Notes under the pieces: model-generated
Databases searched by the model: none
The model's input: only the letters and a program-made list of their open reading frames with translations
Told to the model about the DNA's origin: nothing
In this document: positions 9,488 through 20,791 of the stretch, in pieces
Layout: every line of letters begins with the position of its first letter
How positions within the stretch are numbered: position 1 is the first letter of the stretch
From: Acidobacteriota bacterium
Lineage (GTDB): Bacteria; Acidobacteriota; UBA890; WLXD01
Assembly (NCBI GenBank): GCA_963666215.2
Contig: CAXWPL010000003.1
Span: 320,001 to 384,000, forward strand
Reading direction: 5' to 3'
DNA length: 64,000 nt
Program-made: the position numbers and the translations under genes

Positions 9488-10768
9488 ATGTCGAACCGTT
9501 GCCACACCACCGGCGTCGGGCTGCTGGCTCTGGTCGCCGCTCTGGCGCTGGCGGGCAGCGCCCAGGGCCAAGACCCGGGCCAGGCCGCGAGAATCGTCTT
9601 CCGCTCGGAGCGCGACGGCAACAGCGAAATCTACGTGATCGACGCCGATGGCTCCGATCTGAACAACCTCACGAGGCATCGCGGACGGGACGCCTGGCCC
9701 TCCTCGTCGCATGACGGCTCGCGCATCGCCTTCGTGTCGGATCGCGGCGGCGGCGCCGAGCTGTGGGTAATGGCACGCGACGGATCAGCCCCTCGCCAGC
9801 TGACCTCTTTGACGGTCCGTGACGGCTTCGTCGCCTGGTCGCCCGACGACACCCGCATCGTGTTGGTGGCCGAGGGAGACGGCAATCGGGAGCTGTACTC
9901 GGTTCGAGCCGACGGTTCGGGCCTGCAGCGCCTGACGTCGCATCCGGCAGCGGACGAGCGGCCTTCTTGGTCGCCCGACGGCAAGTGGATCGCCCTTCAG
10001 TCCGAGCGCCACGGCAACTCCGAGATCTATGTCATGAGCGCCGATGGCTCCGGCAAGCGCCGCCTCTCGCACACGTCAGCGAGCGAGGCGGTCCCGTCCT
10101 TTTCGCCCGACGGTCGTCGGATCCTGTTCGAGTCGGACCGCGACGGCAACCTCGATATCTGGATCACCGACGCCGGCCGGTGGGAACCGCGGCGCCTGAC
10201 CGACCGGCTCGCCCCCGACGGCTACCCGAAGTGGTCGCCCGACGGCACGCAGGTCATCCACGACACCGACTTCGGCCTCCACGGCGACGGACGCTACAAG
10301 CTTTTTCTCGTGAGCCTCGACGGCGCCGACCCCGTGCGGCTGACCGACAACGAGGCCGACGATGGCTATGTCTCCTGGTCACCGGACGGCGACCGGCTGG
10401 CGTTCATGTCGGACCGCGATGGCAATAGCGAGATCTACACGATGCGCCTCGACGGCAGCGACCCGCGGCGGCTGACTCACCACGAGGCGGTTGATAGCGA
10501 GCCTTCCTTCTCGCCGCCGTCCCCGCAGCAGCCGGCGGCCCGATCCGCTGCGTTGGTGTCGGTGGCAGAGCTGCTCGCCGAAGCGAGTGATGCGGCGCGG
10601 CGGGCGGCGATCGTTTTTCACTCCGAGCGCGACGGCAATCGCGAGATCTACGTCATGGGCGCCGACGGTAGCGCGCAGACGCGCCTGACCTATCATCCAG
10701 CCACCGACGGCTCGCCCGTCTGGTCGCCCGACGGTTCCAGCACGCTGCACGCCCCTCGCATCATCTGA
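9488..10768 (+). CDS. TolB-like PD40 beta-propeller protein; second propeller module appears truncated
   Basis: Signal peptide and repeated WSPDG..IAF.S.RDGN.EIY.M..DGS units. A new repeat series starts after a linker and ends abruptly at WSPDGS. Confidence 0.8.
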   Translation: MSNRCHTTGVGLLALVAALALAGSAQGQDPGQAARIVFRSERDGNSEIYVIDADGSDLNNLTRHRGRDAWPSSSHDGSRIAFVSDRGGGAELWVMARDGSAPRQLTSLTVRDGFVAWSPDDTRIVLVAEGDGNRELYSVRADGSGLQRLTSHPAADERPSWSPDGKWIALQSERHGNSEIYVMSADGSGKRRLSHTSASEAVPSFSPDGRRILFESDRDGNLDIWITDAGRWEPRRLTDRLAPDGYPKWSPDGTQVIHDTDFGLHGDGRYKLFLVSLDGADPVRLTDNEADDGYVSWSPDGDRLAFMSDRDGNSEIYTMRLDGSDPRRLTHHEAVDSEPSFSPPSPQQPAARSAALVSVAELLAEASDAARRAAIVFHSERDGNREIYVMGADGSAQTRLTYHPATDGSPVWSPDGSSTLHAPRII

Positions 10769-10777
10769 GGTAGGAAC

Positions 10778-12463
10778 ATGACCCGGAAGCTCAACCGCCA
10801 TAGTGCACGGATCACCCAGCCGGCTTCACAAGGGGCGTCGCAGGCGATGCTCTACGGAACCGGCCTCAGCGCCGCCGACATGGATCGGCCGCAGGTCGGC
10901 ATCGCCAGCGTTTGGTACGAAGGCAACACCTGCAACATGCATCTGCTCGAGCTCGCCGAGGAGGTCAAGAACGGGGTTGGCAAGGCAGGGCTTATCGGGC
11001 TTCGGTTCAACACCATCGGCGTTAGCGACGGCATCTCGATGGGCACCGACGGGATGAGCTACTCGCTGCAATCACGTGACTTGATCGCCGACTCGGTCGA
11101 AACGGTGATGGCGGCGCAGTGGTATGACGCCAACATCTCGATTCCAGGCTGCGACAAGAACATGCCCGGCGTCGTGATGGCGATGGGCCGCCTCGACCGA
11201 CCGTCGCTGATGGTTTACGGAGGCACCATTCAGCCCGGCATCGATCCGCAGACCGGTGAGGCAATCGACGTAGCCTCGGCGTTCCAGAGCTATGGCCAGC
11301 TGGTCGGCGGTGAGATCGACGACGAGCGCCGGCGCGGCATCGTGGCGGCCGCCTGCCCCGGAGCCGGAGCCTGCGGTGGCATGTACACCGCCAACACCAT
11401 GGCGAGCGCAATCGAGGCTCTCGGCATGACGCTGTCGTACAGCGCCTCGACGCCGGCCACCGATCCTGCCAAGCGCGCCGAGTGCCGCGCCGCGGGCACC
11501 GCGATCCGTCGCCTGCTCGAGCTCGATCTCAAACCGAGCGACATCATGACGCGGGCGGCATTCGAGAACGCCATGGTGGTCGTGACCGTGCTCGGCGGCT
11601 CAACCAACGCCGTGCTCCATCTGATCGCCATGGCGCGGTCGGTCAGCATCGACCTCACGCTCGACGACTTCCAGTCGGTGAGCGATAGGATCCCCTACCT
11701 CGCCGACCTGAAGCCTTCGGGGCGCTACGTCATGGCAGATCTTCATCGTGTGGGCGGAACTCCCGGCGTGATGAAATATTTGCTCGCCAACGGCCTGCTC
11801 GACGGTAGCTGCATGACGGTCTCGGGCACGACGCTGGCCGAAGTTCTCGCTCCTTTGCCAGAGCTCGACGCCGACCAGGACGTGATTCATCGCCTCGAGA
11901 GTCCAATCAAGGCCACCGGCCATCTGCAGATGCTACGTGGGAACCTGGCCCCCGAAGGGGCGGTGGCCAAGATCACCGGCAAGGAGGGCCTGCGCTTCGA
12001 CGGGCCGGCGCGTGTCTACGACTCCGAAGAGGCGATGCTCGCTGCGGTCGAGCGTCATGAGATCAACAAGCGCGACGTCGTGGTGATCCGCTACGAGGGC
12101 CCCAAGGGCGGCCCGGGGATGCCCGAGATGCTGACGCCCACGTCGGCGCTCGTGGGCGCCGGGCTGGCCAGTGACGTGGCGTTGATCACCGACGGCCGCT
12201 TCTCCGGTGCGTCCCACGGCTTCATCATCGGGCACGTCGTCCCCGAGGCTCAAGACGGCGGACCGATCGCGTTGCTGCGCGACGGTGATCGCATCAACAT
12301 CGACGCCGAGGCGCGCACCATCGACGTCGACATCGAGCCGGCGGAGCTGCAGCGTCGCCGCGACGCCTGGTCGCCACCGCCGCTCAAGGCCGAGCGCGGC
12401 ACGCTGTTCAAGTACATCCGATCGGTCCAGAGCGCCACACGAGGCTGCGTCACCGACGAGTGA
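10778..12463 (+). CDS. ilvD: Dihydroxy-acid dehydratase
   Basis: [47 protein letters not shown]. Confidence 0.96.
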   Translation: MTRKLNRHSARITQPASQGASQAMLYGTGLSAADMDRPQVGIASVWYEGNTCNMHLLELAEEVKNGVGKAGLIGLRFNTIGVSDGISMGTDGMSYSLQSRDLIADSVETVMAAQWYDANISIPGCDKNMPGVVMAMGRLDRPSLMVYGGTIQPGIDPQTGEAIDVASAFQSYGQLVGGEIDDERRRGIVAAACPGAGACGGMYTANTMASAIEALGMTLSYSASTPATDPAKRAECRAAGTAIRRLLELDLKPSDIMTRAAFENAMVVVTVLGGSTNAVLHLIAMARSVSIDLTLDDFQSVSDRIPYLADLKPSGRYVMADLHRVGGTPGVMKYLLANGLLDGSCMTVSGTTLAEVLAPLPELDADQDVIHRLESPIKATGHLQMLRGNLAPEGAVAKITGKEGLRFDGPARVYDSEEAMLAAVERHEINKRDVVVIRYEGPKGGPGMPEMLTPTSALVGAGLASDVALITDGRFSGASHGFIIGHVVPEAQDGGPIALLRDGDRINIDAEARTIDVDIEPAELQRRRDAWSPPPLKAERGTLFKYIRSVQSATRGCVTDE

Positions 12464-12523
12464 AGCCGACGCTCGACGGTCGTTCGGGAGCCGGAGGAAG
12501 CAGGTCGAGCGAGGAAGAAGGGC

Positions 12524-12568
12524 TTGACACGGATTTCCACGACTCGTTAACCTACCGATCGGTCGGTA
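12524..12568 (+). promoter_or_regulatory. Sigma70-type promoter with an overlapping palindromic operator upstream of ilvC
   Basis: TTGACA at 12524-12529, 18-bp spacer, TAACCT at 12548-12553. Imperfect palindrome TACCGATCGGTCGGTA at 12553-12568. Confidence 0.6.
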
Positions 12569-12609
12569 ACCCATGCGCTGGCCGCCTCGAATTTCGATCT
12601 TGACGACCG

Positions 12610-12649
12610 AGCTGCGGCCTTCGGCAACTCCGAGGGGGCAGCTTTTGTT
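12610..12649 (+). terminator. Intrinsic-terminator-like hairpin in the ilvC leader (ilvD terminator or attenuator)
   Basis: AGCTGC-GGCCTTCGG-caact-CCGAGGGG-GCAGCT followed by TTTGTT. Confidence 0.6.
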
Positions 12650-12675
12650 CCATCGCACTAGCGGAGCACAGCGAA

Positions 12676-13737
12676 ATGGCACGGATCTACTACGACGACG
12701 ATGCTGATCTGAGCGTCCTGGCAGGCAAGCGCGTTGCCGTCCTCGGCTACGGCAGTCAGGGACACGCCCATGCCCTCAACCTGCAGGACAGCGGTATCGA
12801 GGTTCGGGTGGGGCTACCGGAGTCGAGTCGGAGTCGTGCCCGCGCCCTCGCCCACGGCGTCACGGTTGACACACCGGCCGCAGCCACCGAGTGGGCCGAC
12901 ATTGTTATGGTCCTCGCCCCCGACACCACGCAGCCGGAGCTTTATCGCGACGAGATCGCTCCAGGATTGCGCGTCGGCGACACGCTGATGTTCGCGCACG
13001 GCTTCAACATCCGCTACGGAACCATCGAGGCTCCCGAGGGTGTCGACGTTTCGATGATCGCCCCCAAGGCGCCCGGCCACCGGGTGCGCGAGATCTTCCG
13101 CGAAGGGCAGGGTACACCCGCCCTGCTCGCCATCCACGCCGACGCCACCGGTAACGCCAGGGAGACGGCGTTGGCCTACGCCAAGGCGATCGGCTGCACG
13201 CGCGCCGGGGTTATCGAAACGACCTTCTCGGAGGAAACCGAGACCGATCTGTTCGGCGAACAGGCCGTGCTCTGTGGCGGCGTTTCGGCGCTGGTGCAGG
13301 CGGGCTTCGACACGCTGGTCGACGCGGGCTACCAGCCCGAGATCGCCTATTTCGAGTGCCTCCACGAGCTCAAGCTGATCGTCGACCTGATGTACCAGGG
13401 CGGCATCACCTACATGCGTCACTCGGTTTCGGACACTGCCGAGCACGGCGATTACACCGGTGGACCCCGCATTGTCACCCAGGAAACGCGCCAGGAGATG
13501 GCGCGAATGCTCCAGGAGATCCAAGAGGGCGTTTACGCCGACAAGTGGGTTTCGGAGCACAAGGCCGGGCGTCCCTGGTTCAACGAGCAGCGTCGCAGCG
13601 GCCGGGCGCACCCCATCGAAGAGGTCGGCGAGCGTTTGCGCTCGATGATGCCTTTCCTCGATGCGGTTCGTGTTACCTCCGACGGCGACTCCGACGAGGT
13701 CGAGAGCTCCGTCCCCGAGCTGACCGCGACGGTCTGA
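12676..13737 (+). CDS. ilvC: Ketol-acid reductoisomerase
   Basis: [37 protein letters not shown]. Confidence 0.97.
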   Translation: MARIYYDDDADLSVLAGKRVAVLGYGSQGHAHALNLQDSGIEVRVGLPESSRSRARALAHGVTVDTPAAATEWADIVMVLAPDTTQPELYRDEIAPGLRVGDTLMFAHGFNIRYGTIEAPEGVDVSMIAPKAPGHRVREIFREGQGTPALLAIHADATGNARETALAYAKAIGCTRAGVIETTFSEETETDLFGEQAVLCGGVSALVQAGFDTLVDAGYQPEIAYFECLHELKLIVDLMYQGGITYMRHSVSDTAEHGDYTGGPRIVTQETRQEMARMLQEIQEGVYADKWVSEHKAGRPWFNEQRRSGRAHPIEEVGERLRSMMPFLDAVRVTSDGDSDEVESSVPELTATV

Positions 13738-13745
13738 GCACTCCG

Positions 13746-15518
13746 ATGCCCACTACGAGCGCGATAGCAAACGAGCCTGAGATGTCGCCCGGGGTCCGCG
13801 ACCCCGGCACCGCAACACGGACAGGCGGCGAAGCCGTCGTCCGTTGCCTCGAACGCGAGGGAGTGGAGTACGTCTTCGGACTCAACGGCGGCGCCGCGCT
13901 GCCCATCTTCGACGCTCTCGTCGACTCGGATATCGAGCTCGTTCATGTGCGACACGAGCAGGGCGCCATGCACATGGCCGACGGCTACGCACGTGCCACC
14001 GGGCGGCCGGGAGTGGTACTGGTGACCTCGGGCCCAGGAGCCACGAATACGGTTACCGGCCTGCTGACGGCGCAAATGGACTCGATTCCGCTCGTGGTGC
14101 TCACCGGCCAAACCATCACCTCGATGCTCGGCAAGGACGCCTTCCAGGAGGCCGACGTCACCGGCATCACCTACCCCGTGGTGAAGTACAGCTACCTGGT
14201 CAAGGACGCGGCCGACATCCCACACGTGATGCGCGAGGCGTTCCACCTGGCGACGACGGGTCGCCCCGGCCCGGTGCTGATCGACCTTCCAAAGAACGTG
14301 ACCGCCGGGCCCTGCTCGGCGCCGTTCGTCGACGAGGTCGAGCTGCCCGGCTATGAGGTGCCGAGCCGGCCCGATCCCGCGGCGCTGGCGCGCGCCGCGA
14401 CGCTGCTCAACCGCAGCCGCCGCGCGCTGCTGCTGGTGGGTCACGGTGCGGTGCTGTCGGATGCCGGCGCCGCGATCTACGAGCTCGCCGAGAGGCGGGG
14501 GGCCTGCATCGTCAACACGCTGCTCGGTAAGGGAGCAGTCGCCGAGGACTTGCCACTGCATCTCGGGATGCTCGGGATGCATGGCACGGCCTACGCCAAC
14601 AAGGCAGTGGCCAACTGCGACCTCATCATGGCGATTGGCTCGCGCTGGGACGATCGCATTACCGGCAAGCTCAGCGAGTTCTGTGCCGATGCCGTCAAGA
14701 TCCATGTCGACATCGATGTCGCGGAGTTCGGCAAGGTGCTGCAGCCCGATGTCTGCCTGGCCGGCGATGCGCGCCGCGTTGTCGAGGAGCTTCTGCCCCT
14801 CGTGAGCACGAACGACAGCGACGAGTGGCTCGAGGAGACCATGGTATGGCGAGCCGAGTACCCGCTCGCTTACCCACGCGACGGGCGTCTGAGGGCGCAG
14901 CACATACTCGACCGTCTCGACCAGCTCGGCGGTCGCGACTCGATTCTGACCACCGACGTCGGGCAGCACCAAATGTGGGCGGCGCAGTTCTGCCGTACGA
15001 CTCGCCGGCGGCACTGGCTCTCGAGCGGCGGCGCCGGGACGATGGGTTTCGGCTTCCCCGCCGCCATCGGCGCGCAGCTCGGATGTCCTGACAAGCCGGT
15101 GTGGGCAATCGTCGGCGACGGCGGATTTCAGATGACCCTCGCCGAGTTGGCCACGGCGGCTCTCCAACGAGTGCCCGTAAAAATCCTGATCATCAACAAC
15201 GGCTGTCTGGGGATGATCCGTCAGTGGCAGGACCTGTTCTTCAACAACCGACGCAGCGGCGCCGACCTCGCCGGCAATCCCGACTTCGTCAAGCTGGCCG
15301 AGGCCTACGGCATCAAGGCGTGGCGACTCGATGATCCCGAAGACGTGGATCGAGTGCTGCTGCAGGCGCACGCCTATAACGATGGCCCATGCGTGATCGA
15401 GGCCCAGGTGGTGAAGGACGACAACGTCTTCCCGATGATTCCAGCCGGCGCCGCCGTGCACGAGATGATCACCGAACCGCCCGCCGGCCCCCTCGCCAAG
15501 CCAACTGGATCGACCTGA
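13746..15518 (+). CDS. ilvB: Acetolactate synthase large subunit
   Basis: RHEQGA.HMADGYAR, TSGPGATN, TDVGQHQMWAAQ, ThDP motif GDGGFQM..NNG. Start is 13746 or 13782. Confidence 0.95.
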   Translation: MPTTSAIANEPEMSPGVRDPGTATRTGGEAVVRCLEREGVEYVFGLNGGAALPIFDALVDSDIELVHVRHEQGAMHMADGYARATGRPGVVLVTSGPGATNTVTGLLTAQMDSIPLVVLTGQTITSMLGKDAFQEADVTGITYPVVKYSYLVKDAADIPHVMREAFHLATTGRPGPVLIDLPKNVTAGPCSAPFVDEVELPGYEVPSRPDPAALARAATLLNRSRRALLLVGHGAVLSDAGAAIYELAERRGACIVNTLLGKGAVAEDLPLHLGMLGMHGTAYANKAVANCDLIMAIGSRWDDRITGKLSEFCADAVKIHVDIDVAEFGKVLQPDVCLAGDARRVVEELLPLVSTNDSDEWLEETMVWRAEYPLAYPRDGRLRAQHILDRLDQLGGRDSILTTDVGQHQMWAAQFCRTTRRRHWLSSGGAGTMGFGFPAAIGAQLGCPDKPVWAIVGDGGFQMTLAELATAALQRVPVKILIINNGCLGMIRQWQDLFFNNRRSGADLAGNPDFVKLAEAYGIKAWRLDDPEDVDRVLLQAHAYNDGPCVIEAQVVKDDNVFPMIPAGAAVHEMITEPPAGPLAKPTGST

Positions 15519-15619
15519 CGCGCGGGACCGGCCGAGGAGCGCCATGGCGCTCCTCAAACCCGCTCACTGCCGGAACCAGATCACCAGAACGACCAGCAGA
15601 AAGACCTTCGAGACAGACC

Positions 15620-16207
15620 ATGAGTCAGACCGTGAGCGTCGCAGCTGTGGACGCCGTACCCGAGATCGACGCCTCCGGCGGGGACGTGCAGCAGGTAACG
15701 CGACGAAGTGCCGCCAGGCGCGTCCACACGATCTCGATCCTGGTGCGCGATCGGCCCGGCGTGCTGGTTCGGGTGGCGCTGGTCTTCGCGCGCCGCGGCT
15801 ACAACATCGAGGGCATGGTGGTCAGCCCGGGCATCGACCAGGGTGAGCTGTCGCGCATGACCATCTCGTGCAGCGGCGACGACGCTACGCTCGAGCAGAT
15901 CCGCAAGCAGCTCGCCAAGCTCGTCGATGTCGTCCACGCCATCGATCACACCGGTGAGGACGTTCTGGAGACGGAGATCGCCCTGATCAAGATCCGCTGC
16001 CCGCTCGAGGAGCGCACGGGCATCCTGCAGATCGCCGACCAATACCGCGCCAAGGTCGTCGACTACGATGCCAGCGCGCTCGTTCTCCGTGTCTACGGCA
16101 GCCCCGCCAAGCTCAACGCCGTGATCGGTCTGCTCGAGGGGTACGCGGTGGTCGAGTTGGTGCGCTCCGGCAAGTTGCTGATGGCGCGCGGCCTGCACAC
16201 GACCTGA
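15620..16207 (+). CDS. ilvN: Acetolactate synthase small regulatory subunit
   Basis: ACT domain HTISILVRDRPGVLVRV..FARRGYNI, EQIRKQLAKLVDV, ELVRSG; follows ilvB. Confidence 0.93.
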   Translation: MSQTVSVAAVDAVPEIDASGGDVQQVTRRSAARRVHTISILVRDRPGVLVRVALVFARRGYNIEGMVVSPGIDQGELSRMTISCSGDDATLEQIRKQLAKLVDVVHAIDHTGEDVLETEIALIKIRCPLEERTGILQIADQYRAKVVDYDASALVLRVYGSPAKLNAVIGLLEGYAVVELVRSGKLLMARGLHTT

Positions 16208-16431
16208 GCTCCAGAAGGTCGACCACGGGGCGTGCCGGTGGTCGGGGCCAGCGACGAGCTGTGGGCTGTCTGAGCAAACTTGCGTGAAATCGGCAGTTCG
16301 TCACGCGTGGCGGACTCGGCGGACTCGGCGGTTTCCGTTGCCTAGTCTCGCTGGCGGGACTATCGTGGGCCGAGTCGGAGCCGCGGGGCCGCGCCGTTGC
16401 CACCGCCCGAAACCGCATCGGAGGAGCGGGC

Positions 16432-19400
16432 ATGAGGAACCTTCACTGCCGCCTCATTGCGCTCGGGATGGTGGCCTTTCTTTCGGCGCCCGGCGTTCAG
16501 GCGGGTGCGAGCGTGCAGCAGATCGACGCGGCTATCTACAGCGAGCTTCGCTACCGCCATATCGGCCCTGAGGGCAACCGTGTCATCGCAGTCGCGGGCC
16601 TGCCCGGCAATCCCGACGTCATCTATGTAGGCGCCGCCTCGGGCGGAATCTGGAAAAGCACCGACGCGGGTCTCAACTGGGAGCCCGTGTTCGACGACGT
16701 CGACGTCGCCTCGGTGGGCTCACTAGCCATCGCGCCGTCCGACCCCAACGTCGTCTGGGCGGGCACCGGCGAGACCAACATCCGCAGCATGATCTCGATC
16801 GGCAACGGCATCTACAAATCGACCGATGCCGGGCGGACCTGGCAGCACATGGGGCTCGAGAAGACCGGCCGCATCGGACGATTGGCGATCCATCCGACGA
16901 ACCCCGACATCGTCTACGCGGCGGCAATGGGCACGTCGTACGGGCCGCAGGAGGAGCGTGGCGTCTTCCGCACGGTTGACGGTGGCGCGAGCTGGGGACG
17001 CGTCCTGTTCGTCGGCGACGATACGGGTGCCTCCGACGTCGTCATGGACCCGAGCAACCCGCGCAACCTGGTGGCGGGGATGTGGCCGCTCGACATCAAG
17101 ACGTGGCAGCGCAACAGCGGCGGGCCGAACGGAGGCGTGTTCGTCTCGAGAGACGGCGGCGACACCTGGCAGAAGGCCACACGAGGCCTGCCCGAGCCGC
17201 CGACCGGAAAGATCGCGCTGGCCTACGCGCCGAGCACTCCGCAGCGGATCTATGCGCTGATCGAGACCGACCAGCACGAGTTTGCCGGCGTGCTGTGGAG
17301 GTCCGACAACGGCGGTGATAGCTGGAATCTGATCAGCCGAGACCAGCAATACAGCACGCGGCCGCACTACTACAGCCGGTTGATCGTGGCGCCCGACAAC
17401 GACAACGAGGTCTACTTCCTCGCCACGCGGCTCACACGCACTCTCGACGGCGGCGAGACCGGGACGATCTTGCAGAACGCTGGCGGCGACCACCACGACA
17501 TGTGGATCGATCCGCTCGATCCCGATCGCATCCTGATTGCCAACGACGGCGGCATCCAGATCAGCACCAACCGGACTCGGTCCTGGTTCAGGCCCGACCT
17601 GCCAGTCGCGCAGATGTACCACGTCGCAGTGGACGATCAGATTCCGTACTTCGTCTACGGCAACCGCCAGGATGGCCCCACTCGGCGCGGCCCGAGCACG
17701 AGTCGGGCGGGCGGCAACTGGCACTCGGTGGGCGGCGGTGAGGCCGGCTGGGCGATCCCCGACCCATTCGACAACAACATCGTCTGGTCCTCCAACGAGC
17801 AGGGCGTGCTGACTCGGTACGACCTGCGCAGCGGCCACGTGACGAACGTGCAGGTGTGGCCCGAGACGCCGGTCGGCAAGTCGCCACGCGATATCAAGTA
17901 CCGCTGGGTGTGGAGCTATCCGGTGCTGGTCTCCAAGCACCGCTCGGGAACGCTGTACGTGGGCAGTCAGTACGTTCACAAAACGACCGGCGGCGGCCAA
18001 ACGTGGAGCGTGATCAGCCCCGATCTGACCACCGACGACGAGACCAAGCAGGTCAACTCGGGCGGCCTCACCTACGACAATGTCGGCGTCGACTACGGGA
18101 CAACGTTGTACGCCCTTGCCGAATCCCCACTCGACCAGAACGTCCTTTGGGCGGGGAGCAACGACGGACTGGTGCACGTCAGCCGCGATGGCGGACAGAG
18201 TTGGACCAACGTCACTGACGGGCTCGAAGGACTGCCGCCCTGGGGAACGATGAGCAACATCGAAGCGTCGCGCTACGACGTCGGCGCCGCCTACCTGACA
18301 GTGGACCTCCATCAGGTCGATGATCGTGACCCGTATGTCTACCGCACCAAGGACTTCGGAGGGTCGTGGACGCGGATCACCAGCGGCATTCCGCCGAGCA
18401 TGCTGAGCTATGCCCACGTCGTCCGCGAAGATCCCGTGCGTCGCGGCATGCTCTATGTGGGAACCGAGAACGGCGTCTATCTGAGCCTCGACGACGGCGA
18501 CTCGTGGCTGCAGCTGCGCAACAACCTGCCGCCGGCGCCAGTCCACTGGCTGACGGTCCAGGAACGCTATGGCGACCTCGTTCTCGGCACCTACGGGCGC
18601 GGCTTCTGGATCATGGACGACCTGTCGCCGCTACGGCAGCTGAGCACCGAGGTGATCGCGAGCGAGGCTCATCTGTTCCAGCCACGTGCGAGCTACCGAC
18701 TGCAGCGCCGAAATCTTCCCGGCGAGCCGCAGCGGCGGCGGCCGCAGGGGTACACCGAGGATCCACCGTACGGGGCGCCGATCAACTACTACCTGCGTGA
18801 CGGCGTTGATGGCGACGTCAGCCTGACGATCCGCGACGCTGGCGGCGAGGTCGTCAAGCAGTTCTCGGGGCCGTCGGAAGCGGGGATCAACCGAGCGACC
18901 TGGGATCTACGACACGAGGAATCGCCGCCCATCAAGCTACGGACGCCGCCGCTGGGCCACCCGGGCCTTGCCTACGGGCCCGAGAGCATCCGCTACAACA
19001 CCGAGGGCTGGCGCGAGCTCGATGTCGAGGGCAGCGGGGCCAACGGGCCGATCGTGCCGCCCGGCACCTACACCGTTGAGTTAAGTCTCGGCGAAGGCGC
19101 GTCGTCAACAACGCTCGCGACGACCGTCGAAGTCCTCAAGGACCCGACGTCGGCGGCGACCGAGGAGGATATCGCCGAGCAGATCGACCTGGCGCTGCGA
19201 ATCCGCGACCAGGTCACCGTGCTCACGCGCATGGGGAACGACATCGAGTGGGTCCGCAAGCAGATCGACGACCTCGAAGAGCTCGTTGACGGCTCGGCGG
19301 ATGCACCCGTCATCAAGGAAGCCGCCGCCGAGCTCGACCAGAAGCTGATCGATCTGGAGCAGCAATTCTACATCCTGCAGACGACGGGGGCGTCGGAGAA

Positions 19401-19635
19401 CCTGCTGCGGTATCCCGCGGGCCTGTTCTCTCATCTCAAGATGCTCGGCCGCTACGTGACGACGGGAGACGCGCGACCCACGCGGTCGAAGTACGAGGTC
19501 TTCGACGAGCTCTCGGGTCGTTTGAAGGAGCATGAGGCGGTTTTCGAGAGCTTGATGTCGACGGAGCTCGACAACTTCAACACACTGGTTCGCGGCCGCG
19601 GCTTGGCGGGCATTTCACGGCCGCCAACCGAGTAG
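16432..19635 (+). CDS. VPS10/sortilin-like BNR-repeat beta-propeller protein (glycosyl hydrolase-like)
   Basis: Signal peptide; RHIGP.GNRV; many S.D.G.(T/S)W Asp-box repeats; GDHHDMWIDP; GTYGRGFWIMD. Confidence 0.88.
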   Translation: MRNLHCRLIALGMVAFLSAPGVQAGASVQQIDAAIYSELRYRHIGPEGNRVIAVAGLPGNPDVIYVGAASGGIWKSTDAGLNWEPVFDDVDVASVGSLAIAPSDPNVVWAGTGETNIRSMISIGNGIYKSTDAGRTWQHMGLEKTGRIGRLAIHPTNPDIVYAAAMGTSYGPQEERGVFRTVDGGASWGRVLFVGDDTGASDVVMDPSNPRNLVAGMWPLDIKTWQRNSGGPNGGVFVSRDGGDTWQKATRGLPEPPTGKIALAYAPSTPQRIYALIETDQHEFAGVLWRSDNGGDSWNLISRDQQYSTRPHYYSRLIVAPDNDNEVYFLATRLTRTLDGGETGTILQNAGGDHHDMWIDPLDPDRILIANDGGIQISTNRTRSWFRPDLPVAQMYHVAVDDQIPYFVYGNRQDGPTRRGPSTSRAGGNWHSVGGGEAGWAIPDPFDNNIVWSSNEQGVLTRYDLRSGHVTNVQVWPETPVGKSPRDIKYRWVWSYPVLVSKHRSGTLYVGSQYVHKTTGGGQTWSVISPDLTTDDETKQVNSGGLTYDNVGVDYGTTLYALAESPLDQNVLWAGSNDGLVHVSRDGGQSWTNVTDGLEGLPPWGTMSNIEASRYDVGAAYLTVDLHQVDDRDPYVYRTKDFGGSWTRITSGIPPSMLSYAHVVREDPVRRGMLYVGTENGVYLSLDDGDSWLQLRNNLPPAPVHWLTVQERYGDLVLGTYGRGFWIMDDLSPLRQLSTEVIASEAHLFQPRASYRLQRRNLPGEPQRRRPQGYTEDPPYGAPINYYLRDGVDGDVSLTIRDAGGEVVKQFSGPSEAGINRATWDLRHEESPPIKLRTPPLGHPGLAYGPESIRYNTEGWRELDVEGSGANGPIVPPGTYTVELSLGEGASSTTLATTVEVLKDPTSAATEEDIAEQIDLALRIRDQVTVLTRMGNDIEWVRKQIDDLEELVDGSADAPVIKEAAAELDQKLIDLEQQFYILQTTGASENLLRYPAGLFSHLKMLGRYVTTGDARPTRSKYEVFDELSGRLKEHEAVFESLMSTELDNFNTLVRGRGLAGISRPPTE

Positions 19636-19647
19636 GGCCGAGCGCCC

Positions 19648-20618
19648 GTGAACGACACCATTCGTGCGAGGCAGACCGTGACCCAGATTTTCGATCTCGA
19701 CCAGATCAACTCGGTGCTCGACTCAATCGACATCGTCGGCTCGATGGAGGAAGGCTTCGCGGCCTACTCGCGCGGCGAAGTGGTCGTTCCACCCGTCGGC
19801 GAGATGATCTTCGAGGAGCCACCCGGCGAAGCCCACATCAAGTACGGCTTCATCGAGAAAGACGAGCACTTCGTCATCAAGATCGCCAGCGGCTCGTACG
19901 AGAACTACAAGCTCGGCCTGCCGACGAACTCCGGGCTGATGCTGCTGTTCAGCCAGAAAACCGGCCAGTTGCTGGCGATCCTCCTCGACGAAGGACAGCT
20001 CACCGGTGCCCGTACCGCCGCCGCCGGAGCGGTTGCCGCCAAGCACCTGGCGCCGTCGGTGGTGAATCGCATCGGCGTGATCGGGGCCGGCGACCAGGGC
20101 CGGCGCCAGCTCCGCCAGCTCGGCGGCATCGTTGACTGCCGCGACGTCATGGTTTGGGGCCTGAGCGCGGAGGAAGTCGCCTCCTACAAGCGCGACATCG
20201 AACCGCACGACTACCGCGTCGAGACGACCCTCGACGCGGCGCAGATCGGCCGCAGCTGCAACCTGATCGTCACGGTGACGCCGTCGCAGCAGCCTCTGCT
20301 GCAGGCAGCCGACATCCAGCCGGGCACGCACATCACGACACCGCCGAGAAGCAGGAGCTCGACGCGGCGATCCTCGGTGCTGCCGACGTGGTGGTGGCCG
20401 ACAGCCTCGAGCAATCGCGCTCGCGCGGTGAGATCTACAGAGCCACGGAGGCGGGTGCGCTCGATCGCGCCAGCGTTGTCGAGCTCGGCACCCTGATCGC
20501 TCGACCCGAGCTGGGGCGCTCGAACGACCGGCAGCTGACCGTGGCCGACCTGACGGGGGTGGCCATCCAGGATATCCAGATCACCAAAGCAGTCTACGCT
20601 GCTCTCAACCAGCAGTAA
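19648..20618 (+). pseudogene. Ornithine cyclodeaminase/mu-crystallin family protein, frameshifted
   Basis: GEAHIKYG, LTGARTAAAG, GAGDQG. After GTHIT (about 20335) the homologous DTAEKQELD..ADLTGVAIQD continues in another frame; the usual A(M/I)G(S/A) residues are missing. Confidence 0.82.
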
Positions 20619-20791
20619 CGGTAGCGACTCACCCTCGGCTTTGCTCGAGCCGGCCTCGTATCGCCGCGAGAGCGTTCGGCTCTTCGACGGCATGCGCATG
20701 GCTGCTGGTCACGCTCGCGTGTTCGGGTCGAAGCTCGACTCCACCAGACACGCTCACCGAGAGCGCTCCAGACGCAACGTCCATTTCTGTC

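Noticed and set aside
9590-10740. Recurrent nucleotide motifs such as GACGGCAA..GAGATCTA and TGGTCGCCCGACGG that could suggest a CRISPR array
   Set aside because: They are degenerate, in-frame PD40 protein repeats rather than identical repeats with unique spacers, and no cas genes are present.
13356-13745. N-terminal extension of ilvB in the ORF track (similarly for ilvN, GntR, sulfatase, GTPase and cupin)
   Set aside because: The extensions overlap neighbouring genes or intergenic DNA and lack homology-like content; downstream starts fit better.
16309-16331. Short tandem GGCGGACTC repeat, and the acidic EEDVS repeat at about 32447-32485
   Set aside because: Two-copy micro-duplications with no evident functional consequence.
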